64,000 nt of DNA, from positions 29,084,401 through 29,148,400 of the forward strand of contig CM120641.1 of NCBI GenBank assembly GCA_051362555.1, written 5' to 3'. Position 1 is the first letter of the stretch; each line of letters begins with the position of its first letter. Source of the stretch: Lingula anatina. Taxonomy: Eukaryota > Animalia > Brachiopoda. The notes under the pieces were generated by a model. It worked only from the letters and a program-made list of their open reading frames with translations. It did no database searches and was not told the DNA's origin. Made by a program: the position numbers and the translations under genes. Below, one piece after another: positions 1-13,780 of this stretch.

Positions 1-1852
1 GTTGCCAATATATCTCTTTCCGTGGGGCGTTTGAGTGGAGGCAGACAGTGTGTGGGCATGAGAAATGGTATGAAATTGCACAGGTTTACAGCCTCTGCAC
101 CCGCATGTAATGTAAACATACTCGCCACAGCCTGTAGCCACTCACAATGTTTTAAAAATCGCACAAAAAATTGCATACAATATCATTGCATAGCTTCCTT
201 GGAAAATGTAATCTTCAAGTTGGCTTAGTTATCCACCAAGCTTTCACCTGACCTTGAGGCGTATTACACCAAAAAAGAAATGCTCACAAAAAAGAAATGT
301 ACACCCAAAAGGATTTAAAATCAAGACTTAATGTTAAAAGAATTGGAAATGAAATATTTAAAAAAATTAACTTGTACAGACATAATATCGGGATGTAGAG
401 TTCACTGAGTGAGCTCAAATTGCAGGACAAACCAAACCTTGCTTGTTTGATGTTCATCTTGGTTACATTGTGAAAGGCCAAGATGGTCAAGTGTAATGGA
501 CCATTAATGCTCATTTTGTGGGGAGGAAACAAGTCCCTTAAAATGGCAAAATGGACTTAATGCCTCTTAACTACACGGTTATAATGTTCAAACAACTCTC
601 ATTTTGTACAGATCTTCAATGATCAATATTTTGGATTTAACATAAAAGTTTTCATAGAATGTTATGATTTATTAACCGTATTAATGCCAGATTGAGGTTG
701 CATAGATAAATTGGAACGATGTTTCTTTACATTATGGTTACATTACGTATATACAGAGCCTGCAACCCTGAAAAGCTTTTTTTTCTCATCATTTTAAATT
801 ACACTGGCACCCTACAGTTATCATAGTATATTGCATGTGTAGTTTTGGATTTGAATTGTAGATTTGTGTAAATCATCCGTGGCTGTGCATGGGACACTGA
901 TAAATCTGAAAAAATTTTCTGTCTTAGGCAAAATTGAAAAACTGACATTTTACTTTGTACACCATACTATACTGACTTGAGGCTAGTGAGTATGTGTGGC
1001 CTTATATTGTAAGTTTATTTCTTTCTATTTGTTATTATATTAAGATATTTGTTGTACATTAATTTTCCATGAAATAATTTCACTTGATAGTTCATTTTTT
1101 TAAAATGTGCAATAGTTGTAAATGCTTGTTTGTGTACTATTCATTTTTTTTACAGTGCCACTTTATTTATAGAATTTATGCACTCTGGTTTGGCCATACC
1201 TTTCTCTTTTCTTCCCTGTGTTATCTGCTTTTGGCAAATAAATACAAACGTCATGCAAACTGAACAACACCTTCAAAGCCCTAATTCTACATAATTGTTG
1301 TAGTCTGAAATTGATAACAATAACAAGCCTAATCTTTTCCCAGTTCTTGATTTGAGACAAGGTAGGAGAGGGCAGAGATGTCAGATAAAAGATTATATTT
1401 AGATATTTCAGCAGTTATGGTAATTTCATCCAGACAGGTGTTTGGATTTGGCATAGACCACAATTATTCCTATTTGAAGTGTTATGTTTTTGCTTGAAGA
1501 AAAATCATCATGATATCTCTTCAAGTATGCATGTTATTATGGTTGCCAGTTTTAATGCGCTGTAACCTACATCATAGCCCATAGGGTTGTGATAGAACAG
1601 GTGTCATTTTGCTCCGATAACAAGAGTGAGGACTTTTTCTCGGTGTTCATGTTGTATAGGGCTCACAAGCGGGTTGTCTTTGAACAACATGAACACATTC
1701 TAATTTGATAGCTAAGTGATGCATATGTTGATATTGCACTTCATGTCACACAGTTTATCAGCCACTTAACCTCTTTCTATTTTTAAGTAAAAATTTTAAT
1801 CAAAATCACTTCAGTGGCACATCCATTGGTATGTCATGTTGCTTTTGTCATA

Positions 1853-2067
1853 CACCCCATTTCCATAGATTAGATCGACCTACTTTAGATCGACCTAACT
1901 CCCTGGGGGTTCACACTAAATAGCTGTCAGCCGGGCGGACACGAAAGTTAATTACCCCCTAAAAGCTTGTAGTAGGCGGGACGGACATTTAAGTCGGATT
2001 ATCTGAAAGTAATCTAGTGAGACTCCCCGCCGGGATAGATCGATCTAAAATCTATGGGAATAGAGCC
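1853..2067. mobile_element. MITE, PIF/Harbinger (Tourist)-like
   Basis: Imperfect TIR ttccatagatt-agatcgacct / agatcgatctaaaatctatgggaa; TTA on the right flank; shares motifs with other copies in the window. Confidence 0.6.
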
Positions 2068-2718
2068 TTAGTTGCAGTGTACAGCTATTCGAACAGTTAC
2101 TAGCTAGGGATGTAGAAAATCAAAATTGATAAAGAAGAATAAAAGTTGCATTCTGAGGTTGAGTAAAAAGAGAATAGGAATGAAGGAAAAACGAAAGAGA
2201 AGCTGCCTATGACCCCATCTGTGAAGCTTAAGGAGGGTTAATAACAAAGATTGTACTTAAGAGATATAATCTAAAATGGATGGAAGATTGCTGTGCAGTT
2301 TGAAAATTTTTGACTCAGATACACCTGTTTTTGCTGTGCCGAAGATGAATTCAGTTTATCACCTCTTTGCCATATTTGATTGTTGGATAGTTGGGCTATT
2401 TTGAGTTTTAAAGACAGTGTTTCATTGGTTCACCTTAAATTCTTAGTGATGTCTACTACATAAACATTGGCAGGCAGTCCACGCTGAAAGAGTATATGAA
2501 CAAACTCCCAGGCACAGAGAGTCACAAATGTAAGGACATGACCATGTTCTAGATTGTTTTGATAAAAAGTTTTTTCAACATAAAAATGATATTTATTTGC
2601 ACAGCTACCGCGGTATAAGTTAGATTGTACATGCACTATAAGAAAGTGATAGATGTTACTGAAACATATTACGACATTGTTCCCTAAAAACAAAAGAATT
2701 CAATGACTAAAATATTAA

Positions 2719-2975
2719 GAGACCATTCCCAGAGACTATCATACTAACTTTCGGTCGAACTATCTCCAAGGGGATTCTCGCTTAATTGCAATTAACTTAA
2801 GCGTTTTAGATGTCTCTCATGTCTACTGAAGCTGATAGGGGGTAAGTAACTATCGGTTAGCAGCTTAAGCGGGCATGCCAGACATCTTAACCCCTTAAGC
2901 TGAAAACAATTTAGTGAGAAACCCCGTGGAGATGGACTGTTCCTGTTAGATCGATCTAGAGATGGGAACCCAGTC
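2719..2975. mobile_element. MITE, PIF/Harbinger-like
   Basis: TAA/TTA flanks; internally collinear with 17721-17955. Confidence 0.7.
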
Positions 2976-3289
2976 TTAGTCAATCAACTTCTTTGAAATA
3001 GTTCAATGCAATTATGTGCTGAAAAATTTTTTTTTGGGGGGGGGGGGGCATGAAACTACTTCTTGGCATTTCAAGTAGATATTTGACACACCAACTCACT
3101 TCAAATGCATCTCAATTTTTTTTGCTACAGAAATCAACCAGATGTCACCACATAATTTCAAATAGTGTAACTTAGAAAAATACCTCAAGTCTATGTCTAT
3201 TTGCTTTCTATGCTGTATGTAGGTGCAGTTTAAAGCTCTTTTATGGCTGATCGATTGATTAATTCCGTTCATCCCTTGGCATGTCCACT

Positions 3290-6223
3290 TTATTTGAGTC
3301 ATAAAAAAAAACTAATAGTACTGGTTTATATTTGTTACTGGGCATCAATGCCCCATCACTGCTCAGTTCATATGTACCTTTAAAATTTAATCCATGCATC
3401 TCTCATAAGAAAAAACAACAATATTTATAACTGCAAAAAATCTACCTTTATTTTCTTGCCAAGACAGCAATAAATTAAAAAACCCTTGCTGCTTTAAACC
3501 CAATTCTTTCCATCCATCTTTTTCAATGCAGCTGCATTACATTAAAAACACAGGGTGTTTGGGAATGACAAGACACCAAATAAAGCAAACTCAAGCTACA
3601 GCAAAATCAAGTCACAGTACATACATCCATAAGAGCTCTTAAAAAATTCAAGGAAATATAGCTACAAGATATTTCAATGAAGTTAGGATTAGAAATATAT
3701 CTTTCACATTGGAAATCAATTACAATAGTGCCACTGAGGTTATACAATATGTTTGATTTTTTTTATAAATGTGATGACCAAGTATACTTGCATGATTGAG
3801 ACTTGGGGAGTCACCACTGTGTTGAGTGCAGCACTATACCAGATAGAACTACACAGAGTCCCAATACAACTCTTATAAAAACCTTTCATACAGTGATTAT
3901 TTCCCCACAATATCAAAATTTTACAACTCTACTTTCAAGAGATTCTATTACTTTCACTTCAAAGTGTCTACCCATACTACTATTGGCGACTATGGCAATA
4001 CTTAACGACAACTGTGTACAATAGTGAGTCAAACTTATCAATTTTGTTAGGGAGTAAAAAAATAATTAAAAAAAAATTATCAAGGTTTCTATGCTACAGG
4101 CAAACTAGCAACATCAAATGTATAGCTATTGTAGTATTATGTTCACTTGTGCAACTTTCACTTGCCACCAACTTATTCTTTGGTCTCAAGTGAGCACTCT
4201 GTGTGGATGCTGCCTAGAGCGTGGAGATCATCCTTTTGCAAAATAGTGTCATCTAGTGAAAGGTCAAGATAAAAGCACAAAACTTTATCCAATAGCTCAA
4301 TAAAATCAGTACTAGATTTGCAAAATATTTTAAGCGGAATCTTTTGTCAACTATAATTCTGAAGAAAAAAAAACTTGAGGGTGATCTGAATTACACAGAA
4401 GTGCATTACAACATGATAACCTGGACGCTTTCAATATTTTTAATGATAAAATGAGTCCGTTGCTCTGTAAACCTTATTGAGGAATCTAATGACTTATGTT
4501 ACACTGAATGATGGGATTGTGACTGAAAATAATTCACATTTGACATTTAAAAACTCATTTTAAAAAGACAATGACAGATGCAAAGCTTTGTATCATGCAA
4601 GGGATGTGACAATCTAAAAGCAACAAAAATCTCTACCCTGACACATAATGCATTTCCAGACACCAAGAAAAAGAAAATAGATTGATCTCTGTCAAAATAA
4701 CACATAATCCAGTTTGTACCCTCTAAGGGTTGGTGGCTTACTATTTCTGTGGGATTTGACAGATTTTCAAAACTTATTTGAAAAGATCCAAGTATACAGA
4801 AATATGATGCTAGACCAAAATTTCGAAGAAAGGGAATCCGTCACAGCTTGTAAAAAGAACGCTTAGTGCCTCAATTTATCCAAAATAAAACATGGAATGA
4901 ATATTTATCAACCTGCCCACTAATTTTCCAATGATCATAATCATTTGGGTTGATCCACATTTAATTTTGCCCACGTCCTTTACCATTTCTTAGCCCCTGT
5001 ATTGATATATACAATTGAGAATAATCATTTTAAACTGCCAGACTATTCAACTGCCACAGAATAGTGGTCAAAAAGAAATAGATATTTTGGCATTATTAAA
5101 TTACAACAAAAAAATCATTGAAATCATTATTCTTAAAAGATTTATTTGTGCTTTGCTATCAGGCAGAATTAGGGGTTTCCTCTAAAAAATAACAGATAAG
5201 AACACCTTTCCACATCATTTACATGCCCTTGAGGATAAACAATTGCTAAATTAACAATATCATTATCTGTGAATTCATTCTAGTTCTGTGGAATAAACAA
5301 GATACAACCAAGACCACATAGCCATCCAAATTATTCCTACATGATAGATGGTATTACAAAAACGGTCTCCTTTTTATCGGAATAAACTAGTACAAAAAGG
5401 CAGTTTGTCTCTGCTTTTATCATGCAATATTTAACATGCACATCGAGTCCATATAGATAAAATATTGACAGCACCCTCATATTGCTTCAGTACATTCAGA
5501 GCTGCATGTCTGGACTGGGACTGCAAGTGACCTGAGTATCTTGTTCACCATATATCTGTGCTTTCTATTATACAAAGAATCACCCACAAGGTGGTGCTTT
5601 TAATGCTTACGTTTTTGTTTTAGTCTTGACAACATTTGTTTGTTTGGGGAGAGTCCAGTGCACTAGACTTCATAACTCAAACAGACTTTTTTTTATCTGC
5701 AGTTGACATTCATTACAAAATCCAGTAATACAAAGAAGTTATTTAGAAAGTTTTGCTGCCAATTTTACAAGATCTTAATGTGTTGAAGGAGCTCATAATA
5801 CCTCATGAGAAACCTGTATTTCATCCCATGATGCTCTTATTTCCCTTTTTGAAACTTATATTAAAATCACCTGTCATTCAAATTATAATTCTTATTATCA
5901 CCACCTATATACAGACTGCAGCACAGTGCAATCCCACTCAGAGGAAAACTAATTACAATCCACAGAGAAGAAAAAATAATATTTTTCTCCAATATGTACA
6001 AAACTGCAGATCTATTTTACAAACAATTCTTCTTCCAAATGGTAAGTGGACAGAACACATAAATGTGCATCTCTGAGGTACGATAAGAACAGCATGTAAT
6101 CTATTACCATTAATCAAGACTGGCACTTCCAACTCCCCAATTCTAAAACCCCAACCTCCTCCTTTGACTTTGATTCCGCGGGAGAGCAACCGATTCCAAA
6201 ACCGATCCACGAGCCTCTTTCCG
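3290..6223 (-). other. CNOT6: Probable CNOT6 3' UTR (distal end uncertain)
   Basis: Follows the stop codon and is U-rich on the minus strand; candidate AATAAA at plus-strand 5141-5146, 3447-3452 and 3289-3294. Confidence 0.5.
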
Positions 6224-6482
6224 CTATCTCCGCACTATGTGCATGCTGTTGGAGCCAGAGGAGTTCACGCTCCCTCTCACACTGCTGTTGTTTCCTGTCT
6301 GAGATACAGGCAGTTCAAATTCGCACAATAGTGCAAAGTGATCTGAAGGGATGTGCGGATGTGGACAGCCGTGGACTTTGTTCTCCTGGAACCACTCTGT
6401 GTCATATGGACCCAATACCCCTAGAGGTGACATCAGATCCCGGGAATAGTAGATGTAGTCTATGATGCCTTTGAAGTCGTAT
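6224..6482 (-). CDS. CNOT6: CNOT6 coding exon 10 (last): YDFKGIIDYIYYS...PSDHFALLCEFELP...stop
   Basis: Acceptor tacAG at 6484-6483; catalytic IDY and PSDH motifs; TAG stop at 6226-6224. Confidence 0.96.
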
Positions 6483-6963
6483 CTGTAGTCAATAGAACAT
6501 GTACAAGTTAAACTACGAAAACAATTTTTTTTTTCAATTTCAGTGATGAAACTGTGGCTCACTTACTCACAGATCGCACAATATAAATAGTAAATTTTTT
6601 TATGAAAAATAACAGAAATTTGTGAAATTGTGAACTAGAGCCATACAGTATACTTATAGAACAATAGTTATTGTGTTAAGACGTTTTCTGTAGACTAATA
6701 TTGACTTTCCTTGGTTCATAATATCTCAGAAGACTGTGTGAATATGAATTCTAATCAATAGTAGACAATCTAACAGAAAAGAAATATCATTCATTCATTA
6801 CCAAGACAGTTGGCAGGACAGAGGCATGTTTTTGGCTTCTTGAGGTAAGAAATTGTAATAAAACAGTCTGCTGGATTAGTACTTAGTTATTTTGTCAAAT
6901 CTTCACTGGCAATGCAACTTCAGAAGTAAAAATTTAGAAAATGTGTTCCAAGAGACCCCTTAC

Positions 6964-7141
6964 GTGTAGTTTGTATACTGCATGACATCCTCTGAGTAGG
7001 CCTGTGACAGTTTAAAACTATGTGTATAGATGTCCTTGGACTCCCCACACTGGAATTTCTGAAGGCAGGTCTCGTAGCCTTTGTCTTTCATATCAAGGTG
7101 AGTAGTGGACACCATCCCTGTATTCAAGTACTCCACCACAC
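6964..7141 (-). CDS. CNOT6: CNOT6 coding exon 9: GVVEYLNTG...MQYTNYT
   Basis: ttccAG acceptor and AC|GTAAGG donor; typical CCR4 sequence. Confidence 0.95.
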
Positions 7142-7245
7142 CTGGAAAACACAACGTGAAAAAGGTTATAGTAACTACTCCATTACATCAAGTGATAATA
7201 TTAATGAGTTAAACTGCCTTAAACAAAGGTTTGTAACTCGCACCC

Positions 7246-7585
7246 TAAATATATATGCTGGTCCTAGATTTCACATGGCTTTCTTTAGAAACTGCTGTCA
7301 AAATCAATTTGATTACTAAAAAAACACAAAACTTTTTTCATTCAAAGTTCTAGTCAGCTTAAAATAATTCTTTATAACTTCCACTGTCAAGTAATTTCAG
7401 TGTGATTTTTTTTTTTTTTTTTTTTTAGAGAATAGTATTTTTTATACACAGAAACTAAATTATATGCTGGTCCCACATTTTGTAAGGATCTCTTCAAGAA
7501 TTGTTAGCAAATGCAATTTATTTAGTAAAAGAAATAACAACACATCAATCATTCAAGTTTCAACTCGGTCTAAAATAATTCTTAA
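7246..7585. repeat. Diverged direct repeat (~210 bp period) in a CNOT6 intron
   Basis: tatatgctggtcc, tcattcaa and taaaataattctt occur twice in the same order. Confidence 0.6.
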
Positions 7586-8932
7586 AAGGGGGAAATGAAT
7601 TTTCCAGATAAATGATGCAACAAAAAAGTAATCACATCCTCCTCCACTGAACTTTTAACGCAGTATTTCAACCTTTCAAGTCAGCCATGACAATTCTATT
7701 ACCCCCACCCCACCTCTGCATTTTTTTAGGTTTTGCATTATACATTTGATGAGATTTTACTAGAATTCAGTTTTTTAGATTTCATTTTATTCTCAGAGGC
7801 ACTAATAAATAATTAAGTGAAACAAAAATGTTCCCGCTTGAAGTCTTGATGAATTTTTCATCTGAGTAATAGAGGCTACAATCAAATACTTATATTTCAC
7901 AGTGGAAATGTCTCTTGGTGATATATAATGCCTTATTATATAAATGAGGCTTGTACGTAACTCACTTTGCCACAATAAAAATGCAGATTAAATAGCAGCC
8001 AAGCATTCCTAATTTGTTTTTGCCAGATTGTATTCAACTTGATAAATAGCCCTGAATTATCAACTTTTCAAAACAAAGAATCGTGTGCCCTCCTACCTTG
8101 TTGATAATCATTTTATTTTCATACTGAAAGGTATTCATATTAAAAAAAAACAAACAAACATATTTTCAGAAAATGTGACCAGTTAAGCCGGTTAAACAAT
8201 ACCTAGCAGGTGTATAAATGCAGAAAAAAAAAAAAGATTTCAGAAGAGTAAAACTCGTCATTTATCAAGAGCCTAATAAGTTGTCCCCCAATTTGTAGTA
8301 CTGTAGTAGTGGCCAGTAGGAGATATCTCTGTCTGTATACCCCACTATATCATCATGACAGTCACATTATGCACCATAAGCCACCATCTTTTGTGGTCGT
8401 ATTTCCTTAAATTCCACATCCATTTGCCAGACTCCCCCTGTCAAGCTTATAATGGTAAAGGTATTATTCATCTTGACTGCCTTCACACTTTCTACCATCT
8501 GGACAAATTTCAACATGATTATGATATGTTGGGCAAAAATTAGTCTGCTCCTGTAATATTTCAAGCTTAAAATGGAAATGTACCGTCTTTATGGGACGAA
8601 TGGGGCATCAGTTATGCAAACAAGATTCATTTCCTACCACAGTCTGCATCAAATGAAACGATGAAATCCCCAAGTACTTTCAGCTAGCCCTGTCATGATT
8701 ACTAAGATTATGACCCACATTTATCCATAATTAGAAAAAAATTATTATTATTATTATTTTTGGGGGGGTGCAGTGATGTTTTAAAACATCAAAAAGTCAA
8801 TCATGATATAAAGCCCTAGATGAAGGGTCAAAATGTTTCAATGGGTCAAAAGGTTAAGAGAAAAGAAAAGAAAAAACATGTTTAGTCTCTTTATAACCTT
8901 AATTAACTTTTTTATTAAAAAATTCACCGTAC

Positions 8933-9160
8933 CTGAACTGGGTAAACTGTTAAAATCCCCGCATAAAATCAATGGAATGGAATTGACTTCTGTGGCACCA
9001 CTGGAGCCCGGACGGAAGCTGACGGTTGTCTCCTTGACGATATTCTTGAGCTCCCACATCAGCATCATTGTCTGGATGAGCTTGACGTCACTAAATTCTG
9101 GGTCCCAGTGTATGTGTGCTGTGGCCACTAAAATAGGCTGCCGTACTTCTGACGGGAGAC
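8933..9160 (-). CDS. CNOT6: CNOT6 coding exon 8: LPSEVRQPILVATAHIHWDPEFSDVK...LCGDFNSLPSS
   Basis: ttacAG acceptor and G|GTACGG donor; HWDP and GDFNS motifs. Confidence 0.95.
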
Positions 9161-9334
9161 CTGTAAGAAACACGAGATATTTGTAGAGGCTAGGATAAAC
9201 TTTGGTATCAACCATCATCATCATCAATTTCAAACAAACAGATTCTGTGTATCAACACAATCTGTTAGAACTGGAGCACCATCACATCCAGCATATTTTG
9301 AAGATATTTTCATTTCTGCAAATAATTCAGCAGT

Positions 9335-9365
<31 letters not shown>

Positions 9366-10930
9366 TTCAAAAGATTGAAAATTTGTTGATTAAAAGGAGA
9401 TGTCTGTAAGCAAAATAATTCCTTGGTATCTTAAGTAGAAAACTTTTGTCTGATCTATAATGTCAGATTTCTATCCTTGACATTATTAATGGGTCTCCTG
9501 CACAAATTACGCAAGTTAAGTCAGCAACCCTACAGAGAAATAATCAAAAGAGTTTTGAGTCAAAAGGTTAATTCTGTCTTTGTTTCCAAGTGGGTGTGGC
9601 TTACAATCAATCCTCTTCCTAAGCTCTGATCACTGGCAGGAGCAGCACAGCAGGACTGGCACAGGAGGGGAAATCAACTGTTACATAATTTTTTTTTCAT
9701 TAATATAATAGTTTTGATGATGATGATGATGATGACAAAGATGATGGACCTTTATGTTCCATAATTCTTGAAATTAACAGCTGAACATTTTTCTGAAAAC
9801 TGCAGCAACTTAACTCAACCCACTCCCCTTCACAATCTATCTCAAAAAGCTTTCAAAGTGGTGGTCATTTTCTGAAAGTGTGGCCAACTAATCCTAGAGT
9901 TAATTATCACACAGTTTTGTTTTCAGCGAAGAAAAGCTTTCTCAGAATCACACCAACTATTGCCCTCTATACAATTTCCTGTGCAAAGTTGGTTCAGGGA
10001 ACACCTAGAGTACAGGACATTTCCACATCACTACTCTGTTCATGAGCACTCAAACATATTTTAACTCAATTTAACTTCTGTCACTAGGTCAAATGACTTC
10101 ACATGAAATGCACTAAACTTTTTAATTAATTAACTCTAAGATCCAATTTCCTAAAACATAAATAACAGAATGGTGCACAGATACATAGGTTAGGGCAAAT
10201 ATGATCAAGTAAAATAATCAATGAACAAATGGACTTTCCTCTTTAATTTCCTTTGGGTTTAATCAGAACCTTTAAGCTCAGCTTCACTCTGTTGACCTTT
10301 ATGCAGTGGCTACTTACATGCTTATGCTAAGAACTGATGTCAAGCAGAGACAACTGATGGCTTAATGAAGGATATCTAGTGACATTCTAGACATCATATC
10401 AATACAGGCCAAGTGAATCAACATTCATTTGGGTTCTCCTGAGATCCATTTCCACCCCCAACTCAAATGAGGATTTATTGTCAACCTCCATGGCACTGCA
10501 TACTTTTCATGTTGAATATGTAAGAAGTATAGACATGTACAAACAAATGTGGTCACTAGTTAAACTAAGACCCTAACATTTCTATGTATTTGAAAGCTAA
10601 GTCATTTTGTCATATCTGGAAAAACAGCATCTTGATTTTTGATGTCATTTATAGATGCTTCATGACATTTATCTCATTTATTTCTTTTATTCCTTTTCTC
10701 TCTCTCTCTCTTTTGGGTGTTCTTCAGTCATGCTAAAATGCATATAAAAAGAACAGTCTCGAGTTTCTATCTTTTTAAAGGATAATATGGTGCCGAAATA
10801 TGGAGCCACTCCGAATCAAACTATGACAATAGCTCATGACAGAAACTAATTGTTTATTCATCTTCTGTATATTAGCTGAATGTATTCTTCTTCTTCTTCT
10901 TCTTCTTATAATTATTATTATGGTACCTAC

Positions 10931-11082
10931 CATTCTCAAAGACTCCCTCCTTGGTTTCTAGCAGGGCAGCTAAACCAATGTTGTCTTTGGTCATTACTCG
11001 GTTCAACATGTCATCGGAACCTTCTGCATTAGCCATAGCCAGCTGGTTGAACTCAATCAAGTATTCTTTACTGAGACCAAAT
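10931..11082 (-). CDS. CNOT6: CNOT6 coding exon 7: FGLSKEYLIEFNQLAMANAEGSDDMLNRVMTKDNIG...
   Basis: ttgcAG acceptor and G|GTAGGT donor; conserved EFNQLAMAN and NRVMTKDNIG. Confidence 0.95.
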
Positions 11083-12992
11083 CTGCAAAGAAATATCATA
11101 GTAATTAATATTTAATTAAAATAAATAAATAAACTAAAAGTACATAAAAAAAAAGCATTACATAATCATGCTTTACCTAAGGCATTCCATTGAAATGTAG
11201 TCGGTGTGTAGATGGATGTAGAAATGATTTTTTAGTTGTTCCTGAAAATATTTGCTTAATTATCTTTTTACTGTATATTAGTTGCCATATTTTCCTGTGG
11301 ATATGCATCTGTCACAACCCTGCACAAAATACACTGTTACCCAGCAGAAGAAAATTGTATGAAAAATTTTGAACCAATGTCAAGTTTTCCCCAAAAGTTT
11401 CCCCAATGGTCACGACTCATTAACTTATCTATGTCAGAGAATCCTAACTTCACAAAGTGTCTTTATAACACAATTCCGTGTTCTGATTAAAAAAAATCTA
11501 TGCATCTCATAACATGCTTCACTAAAATACAGGTTAGACAATGTCCCAGTTCAATCTACCTCATTGTACTTCAAGTTCATTCAACCTGCTTCTCATTCAC
11601 AACACAACATACTGAGAACCAGTGTCTCCAATCCAGGATTCATTTTCAGCATAAAATAAAGATAAGCACACACATACTTTTGCACGCTTACAATAAAATA
11701 ATAGGATTAAAATTCCTTATACACAATTATATAACCATGTATCTTCAATCAAATAACAAGCCTAATGCAGAAAGTGTATAAACACCATTTGCTACAAGCA
11801 AAAACTTCAGTCCATCAAAGACTTGAACCTTCTCAAATTCCTTCAGTTTTGTTCACAATTTTGTTTGAACTATCATAAATTGCCCAGAGTATAGGTTCCA
11901 TCCAGTGTTATTATTCAAATGTCATTTCTAGTACACCCAATGCATGAACCCTATAAAATGCCCCCAGATTATAAGCAAGAGGCAATACTGATCAATAACT
12001 TGAAGCTTCTCAATTTTGTTCAGTTTTGTTTACACTTGTGTGCAGACTATCAAATTTAAGTACTATCATTACATCATAAGAGTATACCAATTCTGGAGAG
12101 CAGATTGCCAAATTTTTACATTTTTTTTCTTTCTCTTGATGCATTTGGTCCAAAGCAATTTATCCATAGACAATCACTGATAAAATTATATAAAAAAAAA
12201 AGATAAGTAACTTATTTTTACTTGTCAAAACCTCCGAGACTATTTTTTCCATTAGACAACAGCTTTTAAAAAAATCGACAGATCAATGCATTTGGATGAT
12301 GAGTAAGTTCTAGAATAACTGTAAAAACATGCTGAAAGATTTCCAGGGCTACTATTCTGTAATCCAAGAGTATTATCTCGGATTTGTGACAGAAGATTAC
12401 AAGATGCAATATCCTGTGGATGATATCAATTTTGATCCAACTGTCATGAATGATCTACAAAATACCAGTATCAAATCAACAACAAGGGCAAATAAGCCTT
12501 CAATTTCTCCAACCTAAAAATCTAAAATTCAAAATCTTCAAATCTATTTTGCACTAATATGGGTCAGTCAATACTGGAGGAATGCATAATTTTTTGTATA
12601 TTAACCATACCAGCATTGACCAGCAGTACTGGAAACTACCTTTAAAATAGACACAATGCACAAGTAACATATCCTACATACATGCTGCCAAATAGGTGCG
12701 TATATGCAAGCAATTAATGTTGCGTTGGAGAGGGGGGGGGGGCTACTATTGCTCTTACACTCCAATTGTGACAAATTCACTTCAAAGGAGTTGAAAAAAA
12801 AAATGAAACTGGCAATTAAGTTCATATCTAGGGAGTTACATGACATTTTGATCTTATATCAGAACAAAAAAGCTGGTGACAAATGAGTGCCTTGCGTTTC
12901 CTCTGCACAATGAAGGAGGTATCTTGATGTATCCGGAGACAATAAAGACACTCAAAACCAACCAAAACCAGCTTTACCATACTGCCACTTAC

Positions 12993-13147
12993 TTCGAGGT
13001 ACGATAAAAAATGGCACAGCCGTCTACATGCTTCCTGTCTTGTTCGCTCATTGTCCTTGCCCGTGACTTTGGCGAAAAGATGCCATCATAACCATCTTGC
13101 TTCAGCTCAGGAAGAAAATAGTTGTAGAATTGGTCCGTCTCTACTTC
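12993..13147 (-). CDS. CNOT6: CNOT6 coding exon 6: EVETDQFYNYFLPELKQDGYDGIFSPKSRARTMSEQDRKHVDGCAIFYRTS
   Basis: Read manually (absent from the ORF track); ttttAG acceptor and AA|GTAAGT donor. Confidence 0.95.
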
Positions 13148-13372
13148 CTAAAAGTAAAAACATATCTTCAGTTATTCTTTCAGCTGAAACACTTTTTCAC
13201 AAAATATAATTTTGTGTTAATACTATCTTTTTTCATGTAAAATCTGATATCTGATTATTTTAAATTACTAAAATTTTGCAATTCATATAGGAGAAAATTT
13301 GTAAATGTATATTTTTCAGTATGACAAAAAAATGTGGAAAACAATTTTACCAGCATTAAGCATTTGAATTAC

Positions 13373-13530
13373 CTGTAGACTGATAATATCTGCATTGTAA
13401 TGGCGAATCTCTTCCAGTATTCCCTTTTTCCTGTATTCCCAGTTTAGTGCCCATGTTGGGCAGTAACCATAAAGCTGGCGTGTTGCATACTTGTCACAGA
13501 GAACATTGTAACACATTACAGTAAAAATGG
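13373..13530 (-). CDS. CNOT6: CNOT6 coding exon 5: IFTVMCYNVLCDKYATRQLYGYCP...ADIISLQ
   Basis: ttcAG acceptor and CAG|GTAATT donor; start of the EEP domain. Confidence 0.96.
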
Positions 13531-13708
13531 CTGAAAAAGATGAGAAAAGAAAGGGTTAAGTTTCCTTCATTACCTTGCAGACGGTTTACACTGATTCAAC
13601 TCTAAAGACAACAGACAGTATTGACACGTATGTTTCCCAGAAAATGATACATATTAAACTGGGTGTTCCAAAACTGATACTGTTTAAAGTCCTTTTCGCA
13701 GAGTTTGA

Positions 13709-13777
<69 letters not shown>
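13709..13777. repeat. Compound (CT)n(CA)n microsatellite
   Basis: Directly visible. Confidence 0.95.

Positions 13778-13780
<3 letters not shown>

Noticed and set aside
1-67. Possible plus-strand exon end (CQYISFRGAFEWRQTVCGHEK then GTATGA)
   Set aside because: Too short and truncated by the window edge; no recognisable protein or convincing downstream exon
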